64,000 nucleotides of DNA, taken from assembly GCF_006345805.1 (NCBI RefSeq), contig NC_042999.1, positions 124,248,001 to 124,312,000 of the forward strand. Direction: 5' to 3'. The notes below the pieces were generated by a model. That model made no database searches and was not told where the DNA came from. It saw only the letters and a program-made list of their open reading frames with translations. The stretch is from Octopus sinensis (lineage: Eukaryota). A program made the position numbers and the translations under genes. How positions within the stretch are numbered: position 1 is the first letter of the stretch; every line of letters starts with the position of its first letter. Below, piece after piece: positions 50,341 through 63,620 of the stretch.

Positions 50341-53300
50341 GAACTTCAGACTCTTTGCACATCCATTAGACCACAGGGCTCGTACATTATGGATTTCTCT
50401 TGTACAAGGTTGGAAATGGCTAATACAATGACATTTGCATTATAAAGTAATGTTTCGTACAACATGAAATTCTTCTTGGAACAATAGTTCTGGTTCCAAA
50501 TCAGTAACTTTCTTCACAATCTAGATATATAATTTCCAAGCAGGCCATTTTACAGTTAAGCAGCCAAGAAGTGGCATTGGTCATATCTTAGAGGAAAAGG
50601 TACAAACACACACATACCTATTGTTATCTGCACATGCGTACACACATACATGTAGATAAACTGAGAGAGAGAGAAAGAAAGAATGGAGAGGGAGAAAGAG
50701 AAAGGAGAGAGAGAGAGAAAGGACTGAGGAAAGGAGGGAGAGAGAGAAGAGGGAGAGAGAGAAAAGGGAGAGAAAGGACTGAGGGATTGGGATTTATATG
50801 CACATATGAATATGCACATATATAAATATTTGTGTGTGCATACTTCAGCTTGATTCTATTTAGTAGGTTACAAGCTCTAGATATATGGATATCCTTGTAA
50901 CAGTTGAATAAATATTTTAGATTTTAGTCAATAAAGATGTATAGAATGAGAAATTGAATGTGAAATAAGGAAAAAAAAATGGGTAAGCAAGAAATGTTAG
51001 ATAAAATATATTGAAAAAAGAATAGTTTGGAATATTGAATGGAGAAAGCTAAAGGTTAGGAAAGCCAATGCAATGATAGCTGAAGCATAGAAATTCCAAA
51101 TTGTAGTAGCTACTGGACTGAAGAAAATCCCATCTAATTTTTTAGGCATGCATTTATGAACAATAGACTCATTACACATTTGGATCTCAAAGAGAAATCC
51201 AATGGACAAACCAATGGTTCACCGATTTTCTGAGAAAAAAGGGACACAAAGTGTTTATGCACTCGCCTCTTGAATATTTGTTATTCATTCACTGAGATAA
51301 TTCCAGTTGCCACATCCAAAAGATTGTTTTAGAGGTTGATGGCTGATTGCAGAAAGTCGAAGCTCCTTTTGCAGTTTTATTGTTTATATTGTTGCTTAGT
51401 CTCAATTCAGACTTGATCAAGCAGCTCTATGATCAAGGAAATTGAAGCCATTATCGCCTTATAATTTTCCTAGAACAACATGCTCTGATTTATCCTTCTT
51501 TTCTAAGACAGTATGATGCAAGTTTAAAGAAGATTTGGCTGCTATTTGTAGCAAGTCAAGCAATGACATAGAGGTTTCAGCATCATGCACAATATGCAGT
51601 GCATCAGCTTCCTATGGAGTGAATGGATGTTAGCATCAGGTATGGCGATATCTGTATGCAATCATAAACATGTTGGTCCCTTTATATATTATCTTCTATA
51701 CTTCTCACCCCAAATTATCCCTAACAGATTAAAGTTAGGGTGTGCTTTTTGAAGTGCAGTTATTGCAACAAGAAGACTGAGAACTCCAGACATGCTTCAG
51801 CTCATTACACTTCCTCACCAAAGCATAACCATTTCTGTTCTTTTCAGGCTATAATAAAAATTACAATATGGATTTTTATCACTTGATATAACAAAATAAC
51901 AGAATAAGTGAGAAAAATTACGAAGGAATTCAATCAGCATGGAAAATAAAGTTAAATAAGTGTTAGCAATGAACTCATGCATGCACACATGCAAATACAT
52001 TCACACATGAAAGTATATGCATGTGTGAATGTATGCATGTGCACATGCATACACACAGACACACACACACACCCAAAGAAGAGGAGTCTTGATTAATAAA
52101 AAATATTTGCTCACTACCCTGGGCATATTAACACAGATTTTAACTGATTTAGAAGTACTGCTTACATATTTGAGTTCATCCAAATTTGTACTGAAACTCT
52201 TCCCAGAGAGCAGATCTGAAAGGATAATGGTTAGTCACTCAAATCTTTGTATCATTGACAAAACATTATATCTGGCCTATTTCCATTGTTAATTCTGTGG
52301 AAGATGTTCAGATGAGTTTCATTCCAGGAATTTTCCATATGAACACAGCTTATTAAATTTAGTTATCTACATCTGAACTTTCTGGATATCTCACAAATAT
52401 GCCTTATACTCCATGCATGTTTTTTCCTAGGACAACTAAATTGCAGAATAAACTCAGTCATTATTTGCCTGCAAATGCTGTCTCATATTATTTCATTTTA
52501 TAAGATTCTTTATTGTTCTCTTACTTCCCATATTTTATTGCCATTTTTTTATTTACTCTCTTCAATGTTTTTATAGCATGTTTCTGGCATTAACATCACT
52601 TCTTTCTTTTAACTCTTTGCCTGAAAGTAGTTTATGGGTCTTTCTTGCAAAGGTTTGAGTAAAACCAAACAGAAAAAAAAAACAGCTATCTTAACTTGTT
52701 TGAGATGTTGTCTATATCATAAGTTGTTTGTAAATTTAGTTTTGTAGATAGAAACTAATAGAAAAAAATGTTACAAATAATAGTAGAGCTTGTAATCTCA
52801 TACAGCTTCGAATGAAAACTGTATAACAGTATGCTATGTCCCAATTCATAAAGATAAGTAATATAAATCATTTCCTTGCATCTCTAAATTAACTTACATT
52901 ACTTTATTACAAGTCTAATGATATAACGTTTCCAACTAGAGACCTAATCAGTTTGTTATTAGGAGAATTTTTATAGCACTTGTACTAAAGCTTCTTAATA
53001 AAATAGATTTGCCTGTAATATAGGATGGAATATATATTTTTGTCTGACTGATTTCAACATTTCTGCAGTTAGGCTACTTAATATATCTACTTACAAAATC
53101 CTGAAGTATTAATTTGGAAATTTTTCAAATAAAGCAAATGTATTATTTAATTACAATAAATTATATTTCTAGATTCTTTTGTATATTTTTAGCAAAATAT
53201 TCGATCTGAAATTCTTACTGTTGAATTTTGGTAGACATATCTGTTATTTTTTCCATTTGATACATGTATGACTTTTTGTTTCATTAACTTTTTTGATAAT

Positions 53301-54934
53301 TTGGTTCCTATTATAATCTAAGTTTAGTTTGTTGTTTGCTTGTTTTTTTTCTTAGAATGCAGAAAAGAACAAAGATTGCTCTTCTAGAAGCCAACAATAT
53401 TTAGTTCTGTTTTTCTAAGACTTTACAGAAGTGAAGCTTGTTGTGGATGGTTTCATATATAGAAATCTCTTTTAACATGCAAGTGACAAAGGGACGGCAG
53501 TGTGGCCAACCTAAAGAAAGCTTTGGCGAAAGGGCAAAAAACTTTTGACTTCCCATAGTATATGTTTTTCCTCTAATGGATTCTCTTGGTTTTATTGAAT
53601 AAGTATTCCAGTTGTTTGATGAAGCGAATTGCCTATTCATTGAATTATAGTTTTACAGACTATGTATTCCGCAGACATCTCTAGAAATGATGTAATCCTC
53701 AGACAGAATTACTAACATGTGTTTCAAAGTTAGGTCTTCAGGTCACATTGTAGTCCATCTGACAGATTTACAAACAATTTCTATCTATCTGTCTTGAGTC
53801 ATCTCTACTCTGTGTGTGTTGTGAGGGGTGGGGGGAGACAGTTATTCAAAGCAAGATGAAACTCAGAATCTCATGTAATACATCATCCACATCCTAACAA
53901 TAATGTGAACGTAGCATTTTAAATATGATGGATTCCTAATATCATCTGAAAGGACTGCAAAATGAAAAGCATGGCCCTCAAGGAGCAACTCCTAAGATTA
54001 AAAATGTATGAAATTTCAGAATCTTTTTCTCACTATTGCCAAATACTTTCATCATTTATGGTTCCTTGCAGGGAGAAACATTCTGCTTTAGAAAGGTACC
54101 ATGTAAGAAATGGCCAACAACTATATCTTCCTATAGCAATGTTTAGCCTTCTTTCTGTCTTTTTCTTTGTCTACTTATTAATCTTTCTTACACCCTCATT
54201 CTCTTTCTCTCCCCTCTAGTATACTATATTACATAATATATAATATATAAAGATATTATATAATATGTTATGTAATATATAAAGATAAAGAATGTAAGAT
54301 ATTAAATATTTCTCTGCGCATGTCACTCTAAAATGATTTAATCATGTTTAAGTTGCAATTGATTGTTACATGCATGCACACACACACACATGTATGCATA
54401 CATGCACATGTTCATGCATCTTACCCACTAGTCATTGAATCAACATTATACTGCCTTCTGATAAGGAATCATTGATTTCCTTCCTTACAATTCTAAAGTA
54501 ATAAATGAAGATGGTAAAGAAAATGCATAAGATGTGGATTGCGTGAGCAACATGCAAGTTGCTGCATTGTTAATTTCAGTTCAAATCTTGATAAAGTCAT
54601 ACAGGATTTCATTCCTGAAAAATTATAGGTGAAAGCATTAGAAAATATCTGCATAATAGAATAGGTTAGGTAACACTTCTCACTTGCATTTTTTACCCAT
54701 TTAGACATTAAAATATTGTGAGTTTACACAATGAAATTTAGCAAAATTTAAGAAGTATAATAATGACTCATTCTTTGATAGTGTACTGGTGCTAATAACA
54801 ACAACAATAATAATAATGATAGTAATGATTTTTATGTGCTCTAAGGACAACGGAGGAAGTGACATTACAAGGGCAGATTACAAAATATGCACACACTCAC
54901 ACATGCATGCACACATACATACATGCATATATAT

Positions 54935-55990
54935 GTTAAAACATTTTGAAGGGAATATTCCAAGGAGATAGTCTTTCTGTAATTCTGACCATTTTGGCAT
55001 TAAATCCATTATCATTCCTGCTACAAAAATCAAATGGCTACATGCTAGGGTCTGCAACTGTTAGAGATATTAATGTAACCCATAATTTCTTTGTGGATGA
55101 CTTTCAGATTTATTCTGAAAATGTTAACAATGCCAAAAAAACAGCTGGAATTAATAACATTTTCAGCTGACATAGGAATGGAATTTGGCCAAAAGAAATG
55201 TTCATATTTGATTGCTGAACTGGGAAAGTCAGTCCTCCAGACCCCAAACCTGTGCATCAGTGGCCTTACTATCTCTCCTGCACTACACAAAGAATGCTGC
55301 AAGTCCCTAGGCATTGATGAAAACATATCATATGAAGTTATTGTGAATAAAGATAGAATGACCCAAGAATATTATAAAAGACTTAGAAAAATGTTGCAGC
55401 TGGAACTCTCTTCTTTCAGTGAGACAATATTCCACAATGAATTTGCAGTACCAGTGCTGATTCCAACATTTAAGATATTTGACTTATCTCTAGAAGAAAT
55501 CCACTCTATAGACATTAAAACCGATAAGATACTAACAAAATCTCAACAGGAATAATGTCTAAGAAGGGATGAGAGGAGTAAAGGCTTGAGATCAGTACAG
55601 ACAGCCTTTGAATGTCACATAGTCTCTCTCAGAGAGCACTTGCTAAACAGCAGCAGCAAAAATAAATATATCAACTTAGTGCTGAAAAGTGTAGAGAACA
55701 ATATCCTACCATACAACCCCAAAACAGTCAGACTAACATACCACAAAAAAGACCTGAATGTGAACAAGCTCAACATACCAAAAAAAGACAATGCATGGTA
55801 TGTTTCCTGAAGACTTGCAAAAGACAGTAATATTGACATGAAGTAAAGCTTCTCTTGGACTCGTGACTGTTATGTTGCATCACATTTTGAAGGCTATGTA
55901 GTGTCATACAAGTCAGCTATCCTACTAATATGAATGTCTCTTTGAAAATCAAAGAAAAAGGGTATAACTATAGACAAATGCTTCAAAACT
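54935..55990 (+). mobile_element. R4/Dong-like (RLE-type) non-LTR retroelement fragment with internal deletion
   Basis: KGIFQGDSLS..LALNPLSFLL..HNFFVDD (RT); DIGMEFGQKKCS; EYYKRLRK; FAVPVL; G.GLRS; SHFEGYV joined directly to VSYPTNMNVSLKIKEK (endonuclease). Confidence 0.85.
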
Positions 55991-56059
55991 TCCAGACATG
56001 GCTGTTTGGTAAGAAGCTTGCTTCCCAACTACATGGTTCTAGGTTCAGTCTGGTGTATT

Positions 56060-56290
56060 CTTATGTAGCTTTCTTCTGTATTCATGGCATGCCCATACAG
56101 TCTTCTTTTTTGCACACTGCATTTCATTCTTCTTATATTTAGATTTTCTCTCAATTTATTTGTCCTCATCATTCATACACACTGGTATTGCACATCCAGC
56201 ACAGCTTTATTTCTTTCTTGTCTTTGCAGTTCCTCAAATCCTTTGCATTCAAGGTTTCTCTGTCTTACTAGTGTGCAGCATGATACCTAG
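56060..56290 (-). mobile_element. RTE LINE C-terminal remnant
   Basis: CWMCNTSV..KLRENLNIRRMKCSVQKRRLYGHAM, homologous to the 40496-40840 peptide. Confidence 0.6.
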
Positions 56291-56404
56291 TACATATGTA
56301 TCATACAATTAAACCCTTTGTTACTAGCAGATGTATGTATGTATGTATGTATGTATGTATGTATGTATGTATGTATGTATGTATGTATGTATGTATGTAT
56401 GTAT

Positions 56405-56835
56405 GTCTCTTCTATTTTTATTATAAATCTTTCACTGAGGAGGGAGCCATTTTCCAACAAAGATGCAAGGCTCCATCTTTGGGATGTAGTTAACACAGAC
56501 AAATTCACATTTGAAACTTGAGAAAAGTCTTGCATATTTCTACTGTTCCACTCATAGATTTCACTTGTAATGTACAAATTAGCTGGTCGATTTCTCTTTC
56601 TGAAAATCCCAGTTTATCCAGATTCTCCTTTAAGCATTTACTAATAAAACCTACTGCTCCAAATATTATTGGTATGAATATGAATTTATAATCCGAATAT
56701 AAAAGCTGGAGGTTTCAAAGCAGCTGTCCATAGATATCCTCTTTTTCTTTGATTTTCAAAGAGATATTTATATCTGCAGGGCAGCTGACCACTATGATGA
56801 TACATACCTTTGCTCCTCTGTCCCAAACATGTATG

Positions 56836-56866
<31 letters not shown>

Positions 56867-57290
56867 CTCTTCTATTTTTATTATAAATCTTTCACTGAGG
56901 AGGGAGCCATTTTCCAACAAAGATGCAAGGCTCCATCTTTGGGATGTAGTTAACACAGACAAATTCACATTTGAAACTTGAGAAAAGTCTTGCATATTTC
57001 TACTGTTCCACTCATAGATTTCACTTGTAATGTACAAATTAGCTGGTCGATTTCTCTTTCTGAAAATCCCAGTTTATCCAGATTCTCCTTTAAGCATTTA
57101 CTAATAAAACCTACTGCTCCAAATATTATTGGTATGAATATGAATTTATAATCCGAATATAAAAGCTGGAGGTTTCAAAGCAGCTGTCCATAGATATCCT
57201 CTTTTTCTTTGATTTTCAAAGAGATATTTATATCTGCAGGGCAGCTGACCACTATGATGATACATACCTTTGCTCCTCTGTCCCAAACAT
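56405..57290 (-). mobile_element. Two identical tandem 3'-end fragments (56405-56830, 56865-57290; offset 460) of an R4/Dong-like element, embedded in (ATAC)n
   Basis: VWDRGAKVCIIIVVSCPADINISLKIKEKEDIYGQLL*NLQLLYSDYKFIFIPIIFGAVGFISKCLKENLDKLGF..GTVEICKTFLKFQM* (REL endonuclease end), then a short 3' UTR. Confidence 0.85.
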
Positions 57291-59108
57291 GTATGTATGT
57301 ATGTATGTATGTATGTAGGTAGGTAGGTAGGTAGGTAGGTAGGTAGGTAGGTAGGTAGGTATACACACACACATATTTTACTCAGAGCTTGCACTGTAGG
57401 GCTTTCCTTCCATTAGTTGTCAGGTGAAAATCACAATGATTTCAACACTCACCAACTGACAATAACACTCTTCTGGAGATGTCAAACAATATTGATACTA
57501 CCAAGGTATATCCAGGTTCTTTTTGTCTATACTGTAGAACATTGTTTTTTTTTTTGGGGGGGGGGTTCCATTATAACTGCCATTATGATATCAATCATGC
57601 AGCAATTATTTTGCTCTCCTACTCCTTGAGGATTTGATCTTTGCTCTCAGCTCTGATATTTTCTTCCACATACCACTTCAGTATACATAATAAAGCATTT
57701 TAGCTATCTAAATAATGTATTTATATGTAAGTATGTATGAATGCAATACATGCACCACACGTGCATGCACACACACACACACATACACACACACACACAC
57801 ATAACATGCATACAATAATGGGAACACAGATTAATTGGAATAAAGATGAACACAAAATTAATTACTAATATACTTGACTATTTGACTTTTGCCTATTTCA
57901 GATCCATTTAATATTGAATTGATATATCTGCAGCAGCTTCCTTGAGTTCTAATTGCCCTATCACTATCTTCTAAAAATTGAAATTCAGAGAACATTAATC
58001 TGAAATTGTTGATAGCTGAATACAAATATGCAGCAATTTGGAAATGCCATATTATTTTAATGTAATCTGCATTAAATAAAAGCAAAGTTTAATGGAAAAA
58101 ATTTCATAGTTATCTTTCATATAGTTAATAAATATTTTTTTTAAAAATTGTATGGGATTATATAATTTTAAAATAAAATGTGATAGAATTTCAAAATAGA
58201 AGTTTTAAACTAAAATGTCATGTTCTCTAAAAGGTATCGCTTAAATAAATCTTATTATTGGAGAAAGAAAATTGCTTAGCTTTCATAAGAATTTGGTTAT
58301 TTTATTATTAAAAGCAACATATAAGGAACAAGGAAAGGTTTTGATATGAAAGCTTTCCTTAAATATTTCAGAAAAATATTCTTTATACTGCTATTGAATT
58401 ATTTCAAACTTCACTGATAGGTTTTAAAAGAGAAAAAAAATATATTAATTCACATTCTGTTATTAAATTTTAAAAGCTTCAATGTATTTCTATATGGTTT
58501 TTGTTTTTGTTTTGGTGTTTTATTATTATTATTATTATATATATATATACACACACACATATACATACATATATATAATGTTTTTTATGCTTGTTTGTAT
58601 TTAGTTTACAAGTCTTATTTTACAATTGTATGACTATATCCTCTATTTTAAAGCCAAAATATAATCATATTCAAATAGCGTTTGCAATATTTAATAGAAA
58701 TTATCACCAAATAGTTTTATTTTATAACTGATTTATCACCAATAGAAATTTTTCTTACAGCTTCATTTAAAATACTGTTATTGCACAAATGGAAAAAAGT
58801 AAAAACAAAACTAGGAAAAAAAAAATGGTGCCCCATATTAGTTCTTTGAGCCATTGACTTAGCAACACTTTAGACTATATGATAAATTTCTCTTCAAATT
58901 AAATACAAACATGGATATAATGAAATTGCTATTTTCCCTCAACTCAGATTGGACTAAACTACTCTCTTCAGCTATGTCTTCAATCACTTCCATTTTAAAC
59001 CTTTCATGCATTTTCATAAAGAATTCCACAATAATTACATCAGAAATCATGACCATAGGTCATGATTTTGCAGAAAAATTCAAAGAATTATTGTTTCTTT
59101 TCTCACAG

Positions 59109-60200
59109 AACTTTTGATGCATATGAGAGTTTTGATTCATTGTTCAAAGAATTCAAAGAGAAAACAGATTGTGCTTGCTGTATTAAATCGTCACACAGTG
59201 TTGAAATAGACAATAACCACAGTGAGATATAAATGCCATGCACAATGGCATTTGCTTCTCTTATGTTTATATGCATGCATTATAAGGAATCAAGAAAGGG
59301 CAATGTTTTCAAAGGCAATGGAATTACCTAACATGTGACTGTCAGACATTTGTGTTTTCATCTACTTTGAAAGGAGAACTGAGAGGGAATCACTTTAATT
59401 TGTTGCATAATCATGGTGTGTGACACCAGATTTATGGCTATACTGATGTCTGCATCATTACTGGACTGAAAATCAGAACAGGAATGATAAAATAGTCAAG
59501 CTGTATGACAAGAGCATGTAGGTGAAATATCTACCGGGAACTAAATTCATTGCTTTCAATATGTACAGAATCTCAAAAAGCTAAGCAAATATTGAATCAA
59601 GCTGAGATAAAAGAATAGTTCTAGGCAATTAGAGACTGGACAAATTAGGACTCATGTTTCAATGGACAATATTTATGGAATCCAGGTGAGTGCATACTGC
59701 GTGATTGATTTCTGTTTTTAAGCTTCTTGTGTTTATTGACAATAGAGCCATCTATAAAATAAGTAAATATAGATATCCTACAGTATATAATACAAATTTA
59801 GGACAAGTTAAGACAAGAAAGATCAGATTTTTTTGTGTGTGTATCTATGTGAAGTGAAGCAAATGAAATGATTCAATATGTTGTGCAAATATTTTCTGAC
59901 ATGACAAGTGATATTTCCAGAACTAAGTTTCGTATGCAGGCGATATGTAAATCATTGCTTCTTGCAACTGCTCTGCTGTGCAAATTTACCACTCTGATAT
60001 ATTTTAAGAGATAAAGTTTCTGATCTAGATTTTCCTGTTGGTGATAAACGTAAAAATTCTTTCATATAAAATGTATGAAGCCAATAGTCAGAAACTTTCA
60101 GAAAAATACTACCAAACTTACAATAGCACACAGTTTTGTTAATATAGGAGGGAATAATCTTTCTATATTTATATTCTCTGATAGTTGCTGCCACAATAAC
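59109..60200 (+). mobile_element. Decayed MULE (Mutator-like) transposase, ZSWIM3/FAR1-like N-terminus
   Basis: TFDAYESFDSLFKEFKEKT..FICMHY..YLTCDCQTF..LLHNH; VFIDNRAIYKISKYRYPT (cf. D.TYK.N.Y..PL); ALLCKFTTLIYFKR (cf. LC.FH.L..FKR); multiple stops. Confidence 0.6.
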
Positions 60201-61259
60201 TAAACAAGGATTGTTGTAATTGATTTAAATACATTGTAGTTTTGTATGAATAAATGCTTTGTTGTTTTTGCATTATTGTGTAGCCCCAGGAAACCTCAAT
60301 CAAGCACAACTATGATTAAAGACATCTTGTTGTCTTATATTTTTAGGGCAATATTATATAATGAGTTCATTCCTTATTTGATAATATAGCAAAGTGCAAT
60401 TCAAAGCTGCTATATAACTCTTTTGTGTTGGTGTTTAATAGATACATGTATTTACCTTAAGATTTGTACCAAAAAGCTTTATTACTAATTCAAACTTTAA
60501 ATATAAAATTTATTTAATCCAAAAGAACTGTATTTCCAGTTCCAGAAATATAATTACATTTAGTCAATATGAATATTTTCAAGAGTATTAGAAAGAAATT
60601 TACAACAAAGATATATAATTTATTGTGTAAAGTATAGGCAGTATGTTCATCTTCCATACTGTTATGTCTGATGTACTTTTGTCATAATCTTCTTCATTGT
60701 TGTCATAGCATCATAACGACGATAATACTACCCATACTGTGAATATTATCACTGTTAATATTGTAAAGGGGTATTGCTAATATTGTTGTTGCCGAAGAAA
60801 TGTCAGTCGCCAATACTGATATAGCAGTAGAAGGAGTTCAAGTGGTATTATGAAATATTATTGAAACAAATCTGGAAATATCAAAATATATTGTGAAACA
60901 TGCTTCTCCAAATCTCAGGGGTATTACTAATTTAGAAAATATAAATTTAGCCAAGTTGAAATGCAGAATTTGTTTACAAAGGTAGTATTTTATACTATTA
61001 CTAGAATACCCATGTCGTCTAAAATGCCAACAGCTTTATTAATGATAGAAAGCAGCACATCAAAACAATGGGAGAAACCACTAATAAATGTCAGCAATCA
61101 AGTATGTAGACAGTATTGAAACACTTTAAAAATCATCAGCTGTCAGCTGCCCATCTACTCCTCATTTCAAGCAAGTGCAGAATAATGCAAGAACAGCATG
61201 AATAGGATATGATCCTTATATCGCTGAAAACTTTTTCAGTGGCTAACCTTATTTAAGTA

Positions 61260-61480
61260 TGTGAGTGTGTCCATATTTGTCCTTCCACCATCGTTTGTCA
61301 ACTAATGCTGGTGTGTTTACAAATCTTAACTTAGTGGTTCAGCAAAAGAGACCAATAGAATACTAGGCTTACAAAGAATAAGTCCTAAGGTCAATTTCTT
61401 CAACTAAAACTCTTTATGACAGTGCTCCAGCATGGCCACAGTTAAATGACTGAAACAAGTAAAAGGATAGGAATAAAAGA
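61260..61480 (+). mobile_element. SINE A 3' half
   Basis: GCTGGTGTGTTTAC..CAGCATGGCCACAGTTAAATGACTGAAACAAG. Confidence 0.8.
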
Positions 61481-61672
61481 ATATATATACAGAGCCACAC
61501 AGTGTATTATATATATTGATGATCATAGAATAGGAAAATATTTATTCTACTTGTTAATTTGACTGTGATAATAAGCCTAATCAACAAGATAAAATTATTG
61601 TTAATGATTAAGAGGACTTCAGTTCTGGCATCAAGAAATGTTACACGAAATACAGTGAAATATTTCTATGCA

Positions 61673-61731
<59 letters not shown>

Positions 61732-61799
61732 CTGTATATTCTAGTAGGGTAGGTCCATTGTGTTAAGTAAAATAGAAAGGTTTACCAGTATCTGATGTT

Positions 61800-61940
61800 A
61801 TAATTCAGCTAAACATGTCTATGAAGGCCAGTTGAAGAGTGGTAACTGTTCTCTAGAGAACAATGCATGTAGAAGAAAAATGTTCCTTGTGATGACTGCA
61901 TGCACAGAAAGGGGCCTGTTCCATGTACAACAACACAGGT
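61800..61940 (+). mobile_element. RTE-like C-terminal remnant
   Basis: AKHVYEGQLKSGNCS..RRKMF (cf. PKQ..YGEL..G.R..G..RKR). Confidence 0.4.
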
Positions 61941-62534
61941 AATAATGATTGTTCCCTTGTAGTAACATGAGTAGAAAAATGTGATCTGTATTAACAGTAA
62001 TTTGGTATGATTGATGATGTTGTATCAGGTGAATTGCTGATTGGTTAAGGAGAAGAATTAAATAAATTCAAGCAGCAACTAAATTCAAAGGTGAGAGTTT
62101 GAATTACTGACTCATAACAAATGTAATCTTTTCTTTTTTAAAGAGAGAAATACATTATAATCTCAAAAAATAGCTCTCTTCACCAAGTCATCACTTTAAC
62201 ATGACATTTATTTCATCTTAATTACTAATTCAAATAATATACAACTACAGATGTAGTTCTGTACATGTACATGTGTGCATGTACATGTGTGCATGTACAT
62301 ACATATGCACACACAATACATACATACAATACATACATACATGCATACATATGTGCATACATACACACATACATACATACATAATACAAATATACATACA
62401 TACATATGTGTATGCATGCATACATACATAAATTCATACATACATACGTACATACATACATACATACATACATACATACATACATACATACATACATACA
62501 TACATACATACATACATACATACATACACACATA

Positions 62535-63620
62535 CAACAAGAACTCAATGAGATAGTTGTTTGAACTTGCAAACTACTCCATGTTACAGGAAACTTCAAA
62601 ATCAATGAAACTGTAGACAGGGTGTACTTCCTATGCAATGTTGGTGGAATTTATCTCAAATCTGTTTTGATGTCATATCAAGCATGTATAGTGACACTGA
62701 AGCGACATCTACAGCAGAGGAAAGAGACCAGTCACTATCTTGCTCAAGTTTGTGACTATGAAATGAACAACATAGTTAGGATGGCAAAGGAACATGAGGA
62801 GAGGTATGAAATATGAACTGATATAGATCTCTCCCCAAGGAACATTGGTAAAATCTATTTATCAAAAGAACAATATTTTAAAAGATGAACCAGTTCATAA
62901 AGATAACACATTGTTACTTAGCATGGAAAACACAAACCATAGAAGGGATTGATTGTGCCAAAAAACTTGGCAGAGAGTAGCAACAAGTTTAGGATGTTCT
63001 ACTTCAAAAGCCACATCTATGCGATTCAAGATGAAGAGATCCCAACTAAGTACCTACAGCACAAAAGGCAGAAAACATTGGCAAACAACAAATGTAAACT
63101 GTGCAAGACCAAGACTGAAGACATCAAACACATTATCACTAACTGCAAGAGAATGTCTTCCAGATGATATGATGTGGTGGCCAGAATAGTTTGGAACAGG
63201 ATAATGGAAAAGAAAACATCTACAGACAAAGCTGACTACAATATTGAGACAAATGGGTCAAAAGAGTATTGGTTGAACTTAAAAATCAAAACATCCACCA
63301 AATTAAAAGACAACCAGCCAGATAATGTTGAGTGGAAAAGATATGTTCTGTTGTGGAAATCAGTTGCTTTTGGACACCAGTATGATTAGAAAAGTACAAG
63401 AGAAGGAGGACATGTATAGACCATTGATAAAGCATATAAAAATCCAGGAATCAAAATAAACTTTCAGCTTCATATATACTACTGTTCAAGTAACAGGATA
63501 CATACAAAACCTGTCTAGAGCAAAGAATGACTGATCTTGGATTCTTGGGGAGAAAGCACAAATCTATAATTCATACATTACAAATAATCATAATATCTGG
63601 GAATATAAAAATTTACTAAA
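62535..63620 (+). mobile_element. R4/Dong-like non-LTR retroelement, 3' part (CCHC knuckle and REL endonuclease)
   Basis: VDRVYFLCNVGG; YAIQDEEIPTKYL; NNKCKLCKTKTEDIKHIITNC (C-x2-C..H..C); VARIVWNRI; EYWLNLKIKT..KDNQPD; VEISC. The 5' junction follows a long (ATAC)n tract. Confidence 0.85.

Noticed and set aside
56435-56474. CTGAGGA followed by a 6-bp stem GGAGCC/GGCTCC
   Set aside because: No GAAA after the stem. It is the antisense of the R4-like 3' UTR hairpin, not a hammerhead.
57858-58085. 75-aa minus ORF with a plausible acceptor
   Set aside because: No recognisable homology and a weak donor.
59680-59725. Strong donor CAG|GTGAGT suggesting an intron in the MULE remnant
   Set aside because: MULE motifs continue within ~40 nt, too short for an intron; treated as coding remnant.
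61810-61938. Open exon-like segment AKHVYEGQLKSG..
   Set aside because: Matches the RTE ORF2 C-terminal pattern.
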